Positions 46,682 through 54,530 of a stretch of 64,000 nucleotides of DNA are shown here, in pieces (within the stretch, counting starts at the first letter, position 1; each line of letters starts with the position of its first letter). The position numbers and the translations under genes are program-made. Below the pieces are notes generated by a model. It saw only the letters and a program-made list of their open reading frames with translations, did not search any database and was not told where the DNA came from. Source of the stretch: an uncultured Bacteroidales bacterium (GTDB lineage Bacteria > Bacteroidota > Bacteroidia > Bacteroidales > F082); assembly GCA_905234455.1 (NCBI GenBank), contig CAJOIH010000012.1:5416-69415 (forward strand). Reading direction: 5' to 3'.

Positions 46682-48123
46682 GTGGGATTGGGATAGACCT
46701 TTGCCGATTGGCTTTCGAGTTCAGCAACGGCCGTGCAGTCCTCGATGATGTTGGTAAACTGCTCATGCCATGCAGAGTTCTCGTAAACCGAGACACATCC
46801 GCAAGGTACCATGAGGGTGGTGCTGCCAAAGCCGCCGAAGGGATAACTCTCAAGAGCTGGCGGGTCAGTAGCTAAAATAATGACATTCTCGAAGCTTTCG
46901 CAACTGGCAAAAGCGAAACTGCCGATGGAGGCTAGTTTTTCAGGAAGCGTCAGCGAATCATTGAAGCCCCGACAGTCCTCAAAGGCGCTGGTGCCGATGG
47001 TCCTAACGGAGCTTGGGATTACCAGGGAACCAGTGAAGCCCCGACATCCCTCGAAAGTCCAGTTTTGTATGTTGGGCAACCTCTCGCTAAGGGTTAAAGT
47101 CCCGTCAAAACCCGTACAATTGGCAAAAGCCGACTCACCGAGCTGATTCACCGTATTGGGAATGACCAAGGAGCCTGTCAGTCCAGTGCAGCCCTCGAAT
47201 GCATATTCCCCGATGGAGGTGATTTGCTCTGGAATCACCAATTCGCCTGAAAGTGTGCTGCAAAAATAAAAGGCATCGTCGCCGATGCGAGTCACATCGT
47301 TAGGAATGACCGTATTTTGGCATCCTGTGATAATCTCGTTCCTTTCTGTTTTAATGATCGCATTGCAACCGTTTCGGGAATCATACACCAGATTGCCGCT
47401 TTCAACGACGATCTCAGTCAATGCGGCACAACCACCAAACGGATTCACGCCGATGAGGCCTACCGAACTCGGGATGGTAATGGAAGTCAAGCCAGTAAAC
47501 CAGAACGCATAGCCTCCAATGAAAGTGACAGCGCTCGGGATGGTGATGGAAGTCAAGCCGGTACAACGGTTGAAAGCGTCTTCAGCGATGGAGGTCACCG
47601 TATTGGGGATGGTGGAGTTTTTGCAGCCAAATTTGAGTTCATTGGTATAGGTCCGGATCACCGCATTGCAGTTATCGCGTGAGTCGTAATCCTCGTTGGC
47701 AGGATCGACCACAAAGCCATCGATGCCATCACAACCATAGAATGGCGTATAGCCGATATCCTCGACCGAGGCCGGAATAGTGATAACACCGGTGAACCCA
47801 CACTTATCAAAAGCATCGTCGCCAATCTCTTTTATGGTATTCGGGAGAACCAAAGCACCCGTTAGTCCCGTACAGTAGGCAAAGGCATAGCTGTCGATGA
47901 TGGTGACCGTATAAGGATTGCCATTATAGTAGGCCACGGTCGGGATGTTGAGCGTTCCCGTTGCATCGTAACCGTCCACGTGACCTGTCACCGTCACCGT
48001 GACGTCATCGTAATTAATCGAGTATTCCAAATCACCGTAGGTGAAATCCTGGGCGTTCAGCATGGTTGCGCCAAAGGCGAATGCCACCAGCATCAAGGAT
48101 ACTTTTAGTAAAATTGTTTTCAT
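46678..48123 (-). CDS. BspA-like leucine-rich-repeat surface protein, truncated just after the YPNPT start of its T9SS sorting domain
   Basis: Signal peptide. Many ~23-aa repeats of type IPxxVxxIGxxAFxxCxxLTxxx. The ORF ends ...SAKVYPNPT-TGA. Confidence 0.8.
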   Translation of the reverse strand: MKTILLKVSLMLVAFAFGATMLNAQDFTYGDLEYSINYDDVTVTVTGHVDGYDATGTLNIPTVAYYNGNPYTVTIIDSYAFAYCTGLTGALVLPNTIKEIGDDAFDKCGFTGVITIPASVEDIGYTPFYGCDGIDGFVVDPANEDYDSRDNCNAVIRTYTNELKFGCKNSTIPNTVTSIAEDAFNRCTGLTSITIPSAVTFIGGYAFWFTGLTSITIPSSVGLIGVNPFGGCAALTEIVVESGNLVYDSRNGCNAIIKTERNEIITGCQNTVIPNDVTRIGDDAFYFCSTLSGELVIPEQITSIGEYAFEGCTGLTGSLVIPNTVNQLGESAFANCTGFDGTLTLSERLPNIQNWTFEGCRGFTGSLVIPSSVRTIGTSAFEDCRGFNDSLTLPEKLASIGSFAFASCESFENVIILATDPPALESYPFGGFGSTTLMVPCGCVSVYENSAWHEQFTNIIEDCTAVAELESQSAKVYPNPT

Positions 48124-50285
48124 AGTTGTTCTCCCTTATCTTTTCGTTGGGACAAAGATAAGGAATAATTCCTAAGCAAAACAAATATTCCTGCCAAAGC
48201 CGCCACGCCTATGGCGACCCGCCACCAACGAAAGGGACGAGCGTCCTCCTCAGCACTTGTTGTTTCGGGCTCAGGCTCAATATAATAAATGTACTTGCCC
48301 TCGCGGATGAGTTGCTGGGTGTAGTTCAAGATAGAGTCGCCGTGGGCAAAGGAAAGCTCCTCGGGTGTGAAGTTGACGGGATAGTCGGGCAGCACGCCGC
48401 GACCGTAAGGGAAACGCTCGTTGACGACCGTGTCGAACACCACCTTGATCGTTGGGATTTGGATGGCAATATCGGAATTGGGCAAGATGTATTGCGTAAA
48501 ATTCTCTGCCTTCATTTGATGGTAGGCCGAACCCGTTTCGCGTCCGACGATGACGCCTCGGTTCTGCTTCTTCACCCAGCCCGCGAAGCAAGTGGAGGCC
48601 GAGAATGAGGTCTCGTTGGTGAGCAGATACAGCCGCCCTTTGTAGTTGACCAAGGAATCGGGTTCTCTCCATTCTGGCTCGTCCTTTACAAAGCCTTCGC
48701 CATTGGGTAGTGGCTCATAACCAGCATAAAGCACATCTTGATCATCATTTATGGGACAACTGCCGAAGCAAAGAAAACCACCTTTCTTATTCACGATTTT
48801 GCGCAGGCTGGTGCAAAACGGTTTCTGGGCGAGATAAGCATAGATGCCTTCCACCGAAGCTGATGGTCCGCCATAGTTGAAACGAAGGTCAAGAATCAGG
48901 TTAGGAATGCTGTCGGCGATGAGGTTGGCGAAGATTCCCCTTAATTCATCCTGCTCCATGTCGTCTAACTCGAAGGTATGGAGGGCAAGGTAAGCCACTG
49001 TATCGGAACATTTTTCAAATTCGAAATGTTTCTGTTCATTTCCCTTTTCATCCACATGATACATACGATATTGGTATTCCATCCAAGCTGGCTCTCGGTT
49101 AGGGTCTTTGCGCGTCATCTGCTCAAAACGTTTGGTCTCGCCATCGGCAAAAGCGACCATAAGGTTGGCATCCTTCGCGATTTGGCGGCAATAGTAAGTG
49201 TCCACGCCATACAGAAGCACATAATCCCCATAGCTCTTCACATAGCCATCGGAAAAGGCAGCATACTCTAACACCATGGCTTTCAGAGAGTCGGCGGGAA
49301 TGCCATTTACTGAAACCACTGGTTTGCCGAGATAATCTTTATATCTTGGAACGGCGCGCCACACCTGTAGTGTGTCGTTGAACCAACCTAAACACACCGA
49401 GGAAGGCAGTCCACTTGTCCCCGTCACTTTCGACGCTGAGATGATGGCCGTATGGCTGTCATGGATTTTCCCAAGCAACTTGAAAACTAATACCTCAAAA
49501 TCACTTCTGGAGATGGTTTCGCCTATCGCAGCCATTCTGTTTTTGATATAGGTATCGAATTCCTCTTTTGGCGTGTAGTCATACAACCCAGGGAAGGCAT
49601 CCTCCAAAGCCGCAATCATGCCGTCGATATCGGCTTGTGCCTCCTCGTGGGTCAGTTGGGTCTTGTTGTTCTCCTTAGGCGGGATAAAGGTCGTTTTCAG
49701 CCCGAAAGGCGTCATCGGGTCAACAGCTTTGGAGTTCTTCGAGATGCTGACGCTGATGCAAGGCTGTTTGATTCTTTTATAAACGTAGCCCACCGTGCCC
49801 AACGTGTCGCCTCGGTGTATCGGTTCCCCTGTTTTGAAGAGTCGCGTGGAGCGGATGCCGTCGATCCAGACGGTTTTCCCATCAGCAGTCTTGATTCCCA
49901 CCCATAGAGTTGTGTTGTGAATCTTTTCCTGAGTCATATTGTCCCATTCAAGGAAAAGCAGGGAATCTTGCTCATAGTTACCTGTTTGTTGGGCAAAACA
50001 TATCAAGGAGCAGCTCCAACTGTTGCGGTAGCCCAACAAGGCACTATGTATTTTCCCGTCCACGGGGCAAAGCACGGGGGTTCCCAAGGGCGCTCCGATG
50101 ATCAAATCTCCAAAATTCAGTTCGGATTGTGTCTGCGCGTCCGCCACGCCGATATAGTCCTGCGGGCGGTAAAGGATGCCCTCGCCAGCCTGTTTGCCGG
50201 GAATGGGCCAAAGGTAAGTGTCTTGGGCAGAAGTCGTGCTGGCCAGCAGCAGAAACAAGATGGTAATAAGATTGCGTGCTTTCAT
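48120..50285 (-). CDS. Fusion protein with a degenerate LytM/M23-like N-terminal domain, an S41 peptidase domain and a C-terminal TM anchor
   Basis: Start at MKARNLITILFLLLASTTSAQ. The LytM-like fold pattern (GDLIIGAPLGTPVLCPVDGKI...GDTLGTVG) lacks the HxxxD and HxH metal ligands. S41 core LILDLRFNYGGP and ETSFSASTCFAGW...GRETGSAY. TM segment WWRVAIGVAALAGIFVLL. Confidence 0.75.
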   Translation of the reverse strand: MKARNLITILFLLLASTTSAQDTYLWPIPGKQAGEGILYRPQDYIGVADAQTQSELNFGDLIIGAPLGTPVLCPVDGKIHSALLGYRNSWSCSLICFAQQTGNYEQDSLLFLEWDNMTQEKIHNTTLWVGIKTADGKTVWIDGIRSTRLFKTGEPIHRGDTLGTVGYVYKRIKQPCISVSISKNSKAVDPMTPFGLKTTFIPPKENNKTQLTHEEAQADIDGMIAALEDAFPGLYDYTPKEEFDTYIKNRMAAIGETISRSDFEVLVFKLLGKIHDSHTAIISASKVTGTSGLPSSVCLGWFNDTLQVWRAVPRYKDYLGKPVVSVNGIPADSLKAMVLEYAAFSDGYVKSYGDYVLLYGVDTYYCRQIAKDANLMVAFADGETKRFEQMTRKDPNREPAWMEYQYRMYHVDEKGNEQKHFEFEKCSDTVAYLALHTFELDDMEQDELRGIFANLIADSIPNLILDLRFNYGGPSASVEGIYAYLAQKPFCTSLRKIVNKKGGFLCFGSCPINDDQDVLYAGYEPLPNGEGFVKDEPEWREPDSLVNYKGRLYLLTNETSFSASTCFAGWVKKQNRGVIVGRETGSAYHQMKAENFTQYILPNSDIAIQIPTIKVVFDTVVNERFPYGRGVLPDYPVNFTPEELSFAHGDSILNYTQQLIREGKYIYYIEPEPETTSAEEDARPFRWWRVAIGVAALAGIFVLLRNYSLSLSQRKDKGEQL

Positions 50286-50312
50286 GTTTTGAACTGTTTT
50301 GAACTTTGAAAA

Positions 50313-50459
50313 CAAAATTATTTTGTTTGTCAAATGGTCGGGAGTCCATTCCAAACTTTTTTTGATTTGGAAAATCGCAAATCACTAATAATAAGTAGAT
50401 TAACCAGAGACCTATTCCGAACTTTTTTAGGAAAAAGTCCAAAGAATTTAAGGAATTTC
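50313..50459 (-). promoter_or_regulatory. Upstream control module A (paralog of module B at 54386-54530)
   Basis: Minus strand reads TCTTTGGACTTT-N14-GTTCGGAAT-N57-GTTTGGAAT-N14-TTGACAAA-N5-TAatTTTG-N27-ATG. Order and spacing match module B. Confidence 0.65.
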
Positions 50460-50495
50460 ACGTGCTTAATGGCAAAAATAACACCTTCCATAAAA

Positions 50496-50587
50496 CGCCA
50501 ACTGCCACATCAAAAACTCGCCAACTGCCACATCAAAAACTCGCTAACTGTCACATTAAAAACTCGCCAACTGCCACATTGAAACAA
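50496..50587. repeat. Tandem direct repeat, 4 x 23 bp (cgccaactgccacatcaaaaact)
   Basis: Units at 50496-50518 and 50519-50541 are identical. Unit 3 (50542-50564) has three C-to-T differences. Unit 4 (50565-50587) degenerates at its 3' end. Confidence 0.9.
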
Positions 50588-50655
50588 CTTTATTTATTGA
50601 TTTTCAATAATATAAATAATTTTCAAAATATTTTAGTTTTTCAATAAAAAATCAG

Positions 50656-50663
50656 TATTTTTG
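50656..50663 (+). promoter_or_regulatory. Bacteroidota -7 promoter box (TAttTTTG) for the ATPase gene
   Basis: TAnnTTTG match 25 nt upstream of the ATG at 50688. Confidence 0.45.
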
Positions 50664-50687
50664 CATTCGAAAAACATTGAAATTCTC

Positions 50688-51980
50688 ATGAAAGAATACA
50701 AAAACAGAATTGCCGACCAAATCCTAACCGACAAGTTGGAAGCGATGGGTGCCGTCCTCATTGAGGGACCAAAATATTGCGGGAAAACTTCGCTTGCCGC
50801 GCAACAAGCCAAAAGCATCCTTTACATGTCAGACCCAGAAACGAGAAACCAAAACTTGACTTTGGCCAAGACCAACATCAGGAAGCTCTTGGAAGGCGAC
50901 ACACCACGACTCATTGACGAATGGCAATTGGCGCCGCAATTTTGGGATGCCGTGCGGAACGAGGTGGACAGAAGAGACGAAGACGGACAGTTCATGCTGA
51001 CCGGTTCGGCCGTTCCGCCCAAACCCAAGGACGAAGACGAACAAATCTTCCATTCAGGCACGGGACGCATCGCTTACCTTAAACTCCGCACGATGAGCCT
51101 TTGGGAATCGGAAGACTCGACTGGCGAAGTCAGTTTGGAAAGACTTTTTGAATCAAGCGAGCAAGTTGAAGGGACGAGCCATATCGACCTTGACCATTTG
51201 GCCTATCTCACCTGCCGAGGCGGCTGGCCGAAGGCCGTGTTGAAGAAAAGTGAGAAAGCCGCATTGGCACAAGCCATTGAGTATTATGAAGCCGTAGTGC
51301 GGTCCGACATCTCACGAGTGGATGAAGTGGAGCGAGACCCCGAGTTGACCATGCGACTGATGCGCTCTTACGCCCGACACCAAGGCGCACAGGCCACGGC
51401 GGGCACTATTTTGGAAGACATCAGAACGAATGAGGCCGACATCTTAAGCGAGAACACCATCTACAACTATATCAAGGCGTTAAAAAAGATTTTTGTCATT
51501 GAGGATTCCGCAGCCTGGAACCCAAATTTGAGAAGCAAGACCGCCATTAGAACCTCCGACACGAGGTATTTCTGCGACCCCTCCATCGCCACAGCCGCTT
51601 TGGGCCTTGGCCCGAAAGATCTCATCAACGACCTGAAAACCTTCGGGCTGATTTTCGAAACGCTTTGTGTGAGAGACCTCCGCATTTATGCCGATGCTAT
51701 CGGCGGGACGGTGTACCACTACCGCGACAAGAGTAATCTGGAATGCGATGCGGTGGTTCACCTGCGCGATGGTTCCTACGGCCTCGTTGAAATCAAGTTG
51801 GGCGGAAAAGACCTCATCGAGGAAGGCGCAAAAACGCTGAAAGCATTGGCTGAGAAAATCGACGCCACCAAGATGAAGCAGCCGTCATTCATGATGGTGC
51901 TGACGGGCATCGGCGACTATGCCTACAAACGACCCAAGGACGGCGTTTTAGTGGTTCCTGTAGGATGCTTGAAGAATTAA
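50688..51980 (+). CDS. AAA-family ATPase with DUF4143-type C-terminal domain
   Basis: Walker A GPKYCGKTS. The COG1373-like layout carries a restriction-endonuclease-like C-terminal part (ECDAVVHL...GLVEIKLG). The ATG at 50688 is preferred over the TTG at 50661. Confidence 0.75.
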   Translation: MKEYKNRIADQILTDKLEAMGAVLIEGPKYCGKTSLAAQQAKSILYMSDPETRNQNLTLAKTNIRKLLEGDTPRLIDEWQLAPQFWDAVRNEVDRRDEDGQFMLTGSAVPPKPKDEDEQIFHSGTGRIAYLKLRTMSLWESEDSTGEVSLERLFESSEQVEGTSHIDLDHLAYLTCRGGWPKAVLKKSEKAALAQAIEYYEAVVRSDISRVDEVERDPELTMRLMRSYARHQGAQATAGTILEDIRTNEADILSENTIYNYIKALKKIFVIEDSAAWNPNLRSKTAIRTSDTRYFCDPSIATAALGLGPKDLINDLKTFGLIFETLCVRDLRIYADAIGGTVYHYRDKSNLECDAVVHLRDGSYGLVEIKLGGKDLIEEGAKTLKALAEKIDATKMKQPSFMMVLTGIGDYAYKRPKDGVLVVPVGCLKN

Positions 51981-51987
51981 TCCACCA

Positions 51988-54354
51988 TCACTTCCTCTGC
52001 TCGACATCCTTCTCGCTCTCCATCAGCGACTCGCGCTCCTCGATTTGCGCCATTTTGCGTTCGCCGCCTTTGAATACATATCGCACATTAAGTCCCACCG
52101 AAGGCATCCGTTGTTCTGCCCGATTCAGGCTGTAATAACCTGGCACATCGACGACATCCTCCGTTTTCTCGTTGAGGAAAAAGCCTTCCATCGATAGCTC
52201 AACATAGAGTTGGTCTTTCAGGAAACCACGACTCAAAGCAATAGTCTCAATGAGCGGACTGCTGTGAGAATAGCCATTGTAGAGGCGTTTCATGCCGTCG
52301 TAAAGGAACTCTGCCTCCAAGGTCAAATCCCACGGCAGTTCCATCTCCAAACCCGCTACAAAGCTCATTTCCCATCCGTTGTATTGGGGTTGGCCATAGT
52401 CCGCATAACCCATGTCAAACTCCACCATTGGCATGAGGAAACCGCCCACCAAGGTAGTCGCCGAAATACGACCTCCATACTTTATGGAGTTGGCCACATT
52501 GTCGAAAATAGTGTTTGTCACCGCGCCAATAACATGGTAGCGTTCTCCGATAATTCCTTTACGATAGGCAAGATACGGTTCAACGATCAGGTTGGTGTAC
52601 TTCTTTCGGTAAGTATAGTTCAAGCTGACACGCTGTGTTTTCTCTGGCAGCAGATAGGGATTGCCAGCGGAATAGGCCAAAGCATCGTTTTGGGTGTAGA
52701 TGAACGGCGTGAGAAAATGGTAGGAAGGATATTGAAGTAATGATTTGTAGTTGAGTTTCAGCGTGTTGTTCCCATTAATCTTATACATCAGCGCAACCGA
52801 AGGCAACGCGTTCCATTGGCCGCTACTGATGGTGTCGTAAATGTCAAAACGAAGATGCTCGCTGCGCAAACCAGCCGAAACAGAAAAGCGGTCACTGAAC
52901 CGATATGCCATTTGCCCAAACAAGGCCAAACGATTGTCGTGATAATCAAAGTATTGTCCGCCGCCGCCAGCGGTGTAAGTGTAGGCAATCCAGCGCGAAT
53001 AGTTCTGCACACCTGTAGTCAATGTCAGCTTTTCGGTCAGCGGAAGATCGTATTTCAGCTTGGCGTTCCATGTCGACTGCCCATTATCGGTCAATCGATC
53101 CAAGGTCTTAAATACGCTATCGGCATCAGGATAATGGAAAAGAGAATTAGAAAGGTATTCCCTAACGCCATTCATTCTGTAATAGTTTGAGTTAAAGGTG
53201 ATTTCATGGCCTTTCTTGGCAAAGCGGTGACGATAATACAAGGTATAGTTCTGGTCCTGCGACCGCCCTTGGCTCGTCACATCGTTCCATTCCTCAAAAC
53301 CGAGAACACCGTTGTCGTTGTAAAGTGAGTATTGGCCGCTGTTCACCCTATCCCTGTGCAATTCCAAATTACCGCTCACCGAAAGCAAGTCGTTCTTGCT
53401 GATGCGCCAATCGAAACCCAATCCAGCCTTGTGGGTGATGGATGGTTGTGAGGGCAGAATGTTGGTGGACGTTATCTCGTCGTAACGGTCGCCTTCTTCG
53501 TTGGTGACCGTGCAATAAGTGCTGTCATAGACAAAACCCTCGGCGCGAGGCTTGTAATAAGAGGCCGTATAATTGCCGAAAACTCGAAACTTAGAGAACT
53601 CATAATCCACGTTGAGGCGGCCAAAAAGACTATGCAAAGGCAATTCCCCGCGTCCCATCGCCACCGCACGGACACCTTGCTTGCGTTCCTCCTTCAGGAT
53701 GATATTTACTACATTAGCCACCTCCGAGTCATATTCCACGCTCGGATTGGTGATGACCTCCACCGACTCCACATCCTCCGGATTGATGGTCGTAAGACTT
53801 CGTGAGGAATACATTCCATCTACCAAAACAAGCACATTATTACTCCCGTTGACACGGACACTTTCGTCAACGTTTCTCACCGTTATTCCTGGAATGCTCT
53901 TCATCGCTTCCAAAACCGTAGGCGAATTGCGCAGAACGAAGTCATCAAGACGATAGACCGTCTTACCGACTTCCTCCTTCATCAGCACCTTTTCACCAAC
54001 CACGCTCACTTCCTGCAACTTTTTGTTTTCCACCACGATACCAATGTTTATCCATTGCTCCTTTTCCTTGATTTCCCTCACAATCCTTTTGGTGCGGTAG
54101 CCCACGAATGAGACGATGAAGGTCTGCGTTCCAAAAGGCACTTCCTTCATCGTGAACCTCCCGCTTGCATCGGTGATGGCCCCATTGACAAGCGTTCCCT
54201 CCGCATTTTGGAGTTGGACGGTGGCGTATGGAATCGGCTCACGCGACAAGGAATCCGTCACATAACCATGAACAATGGCCATATTATGTGCCTGCAAGCC
54301 GGATGACACAACAGCAAGCAACAACAAAAGGACAAAATGCAGGATTTTACGCAT
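51988..54354 (-). CDS. Outer-membrane beta-barrel family protein (CarboxypepD_reg + plug-like + OMP_b-brl_3-type barrel), copy 2
   Basis: Signal peptide. HGYVTDSLSREPIPYATVQLQN...GRFTMKEVPFG (CarboxypepD_reg). EDVESVEVITNPSVEYDS (plug-like). Barrel with a charged C-terminal tail. Confidence 0.8.
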   Translation of the reverse strand: MRKILHFVLLLLLAVVSSGLQAHNMAIVHGYVTDSLSREPIPYATVQLQNAEGTLVNGAITDASGRFTMKEVPFGTQTFIVSFVGYRTKRIVREIKEKEQWINIGIVVENKKLQEVSVVGEKVLMKEEVGKTVYRLDDFVLRNSPTVLEAMKSIPGITVRNVDESVRVNGSNNVLVLVDGMYSSRSLTTINPEDVESVEVITNPSVEYDSEVANVVNIILKEERKQGVRAVAMGRGELPLHSLFGRLNVDYEFSKFRVFGNYTASYYKPRAEGFVYDSTYCTVTNEEGDRYDEITSTNILPSQPSITHKAGLGFDWRISKNDLLSVSGNLELHRDRVNSGQYSLYNDNGVLGFEEWNDVTSQGRSQDQNYTLYYRHRFAKKGHEITFNSNYYRMNGVREYLSNSLFHYPDADSVFKTLDRLTDNGQSTWNAKLKYDLPLTEKLTLTTGVQNYSRWIAYTYTAGGGGQYFDYHDNRLALFGQMAYRFSDRFSVSAGLRSEHLRFDIYDTISSGQWNALPSVALMYKINGNNTLKLNYKSLLQYPSYHFLTPFIYTQNDALAYSAGNPYLLPEKTQRVSLNYTYRKKYTNLIVEPYLAYRKGIIGERYHVIGAVTNTIFDNVANSIKYGGRISATTLVGGFLMPMVEFDMGYADYGQPQYNGWEMSFVAGLEMELPWDLTLEAEFLYDGMKRLYNGYSHSSPLIETIALSRGFLKDQLYVELSMEGFFLNEKTEDVVDVPGYYSLNRAEQRMPSVGLNVRYVFKGGERKMAQIEERESLMESEKDVEQRK

Positions 54355-54385
54355 AAAGTAGTGATTCGTTTTTGAAATAACGAAA

Positions 54386-54530
54386 CAAAACTACCGTCTT
54401 TGTCAAGCGGTTGAAATGGCAGTCCAAACTTTTTCGGGGTTGTAAAATTGTAATATTTTGGAAATGAATAAGTTGAAAAAACATTCATTCCAAACTTTTT
54501 GTTGGGAAAGTCCAAAGATATTAAGAATTC
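54386..54530 (-). promoter_or_regulatory. Upstream control module B (paralog of module A)
   Basis: Minus strand reads TCTTTGGACTTT-N14-GTTTGGAAT-N57-GTTTGGACT-N14-TTGACAAA-N5-TAgtTTTG-N31-ATG. The distal end overlaps the stop codon of the TPR-HTH gene. Confidence 0.65.

Noticed and set aside
50496-50587. Possible CRISPR array.
   Set aside because: The repeats are directly adjacent with no spacers. There are only four units, the units are not palindromic, and no cas genes are nearby.
50334-50647. Two small plus-strand ORFs (82 and 61 aa) that cross the 23-bp tandem repeat and translate to repetitive KTRQLPHQKLANCHIKNS-type peptides.
   Set aside because: The repeat period (23 bp) is not a multiple of three, so each unit is read in a different frame. 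There is no promoter box or plausible start context. The region is better explained as non-coding repeat DNA.
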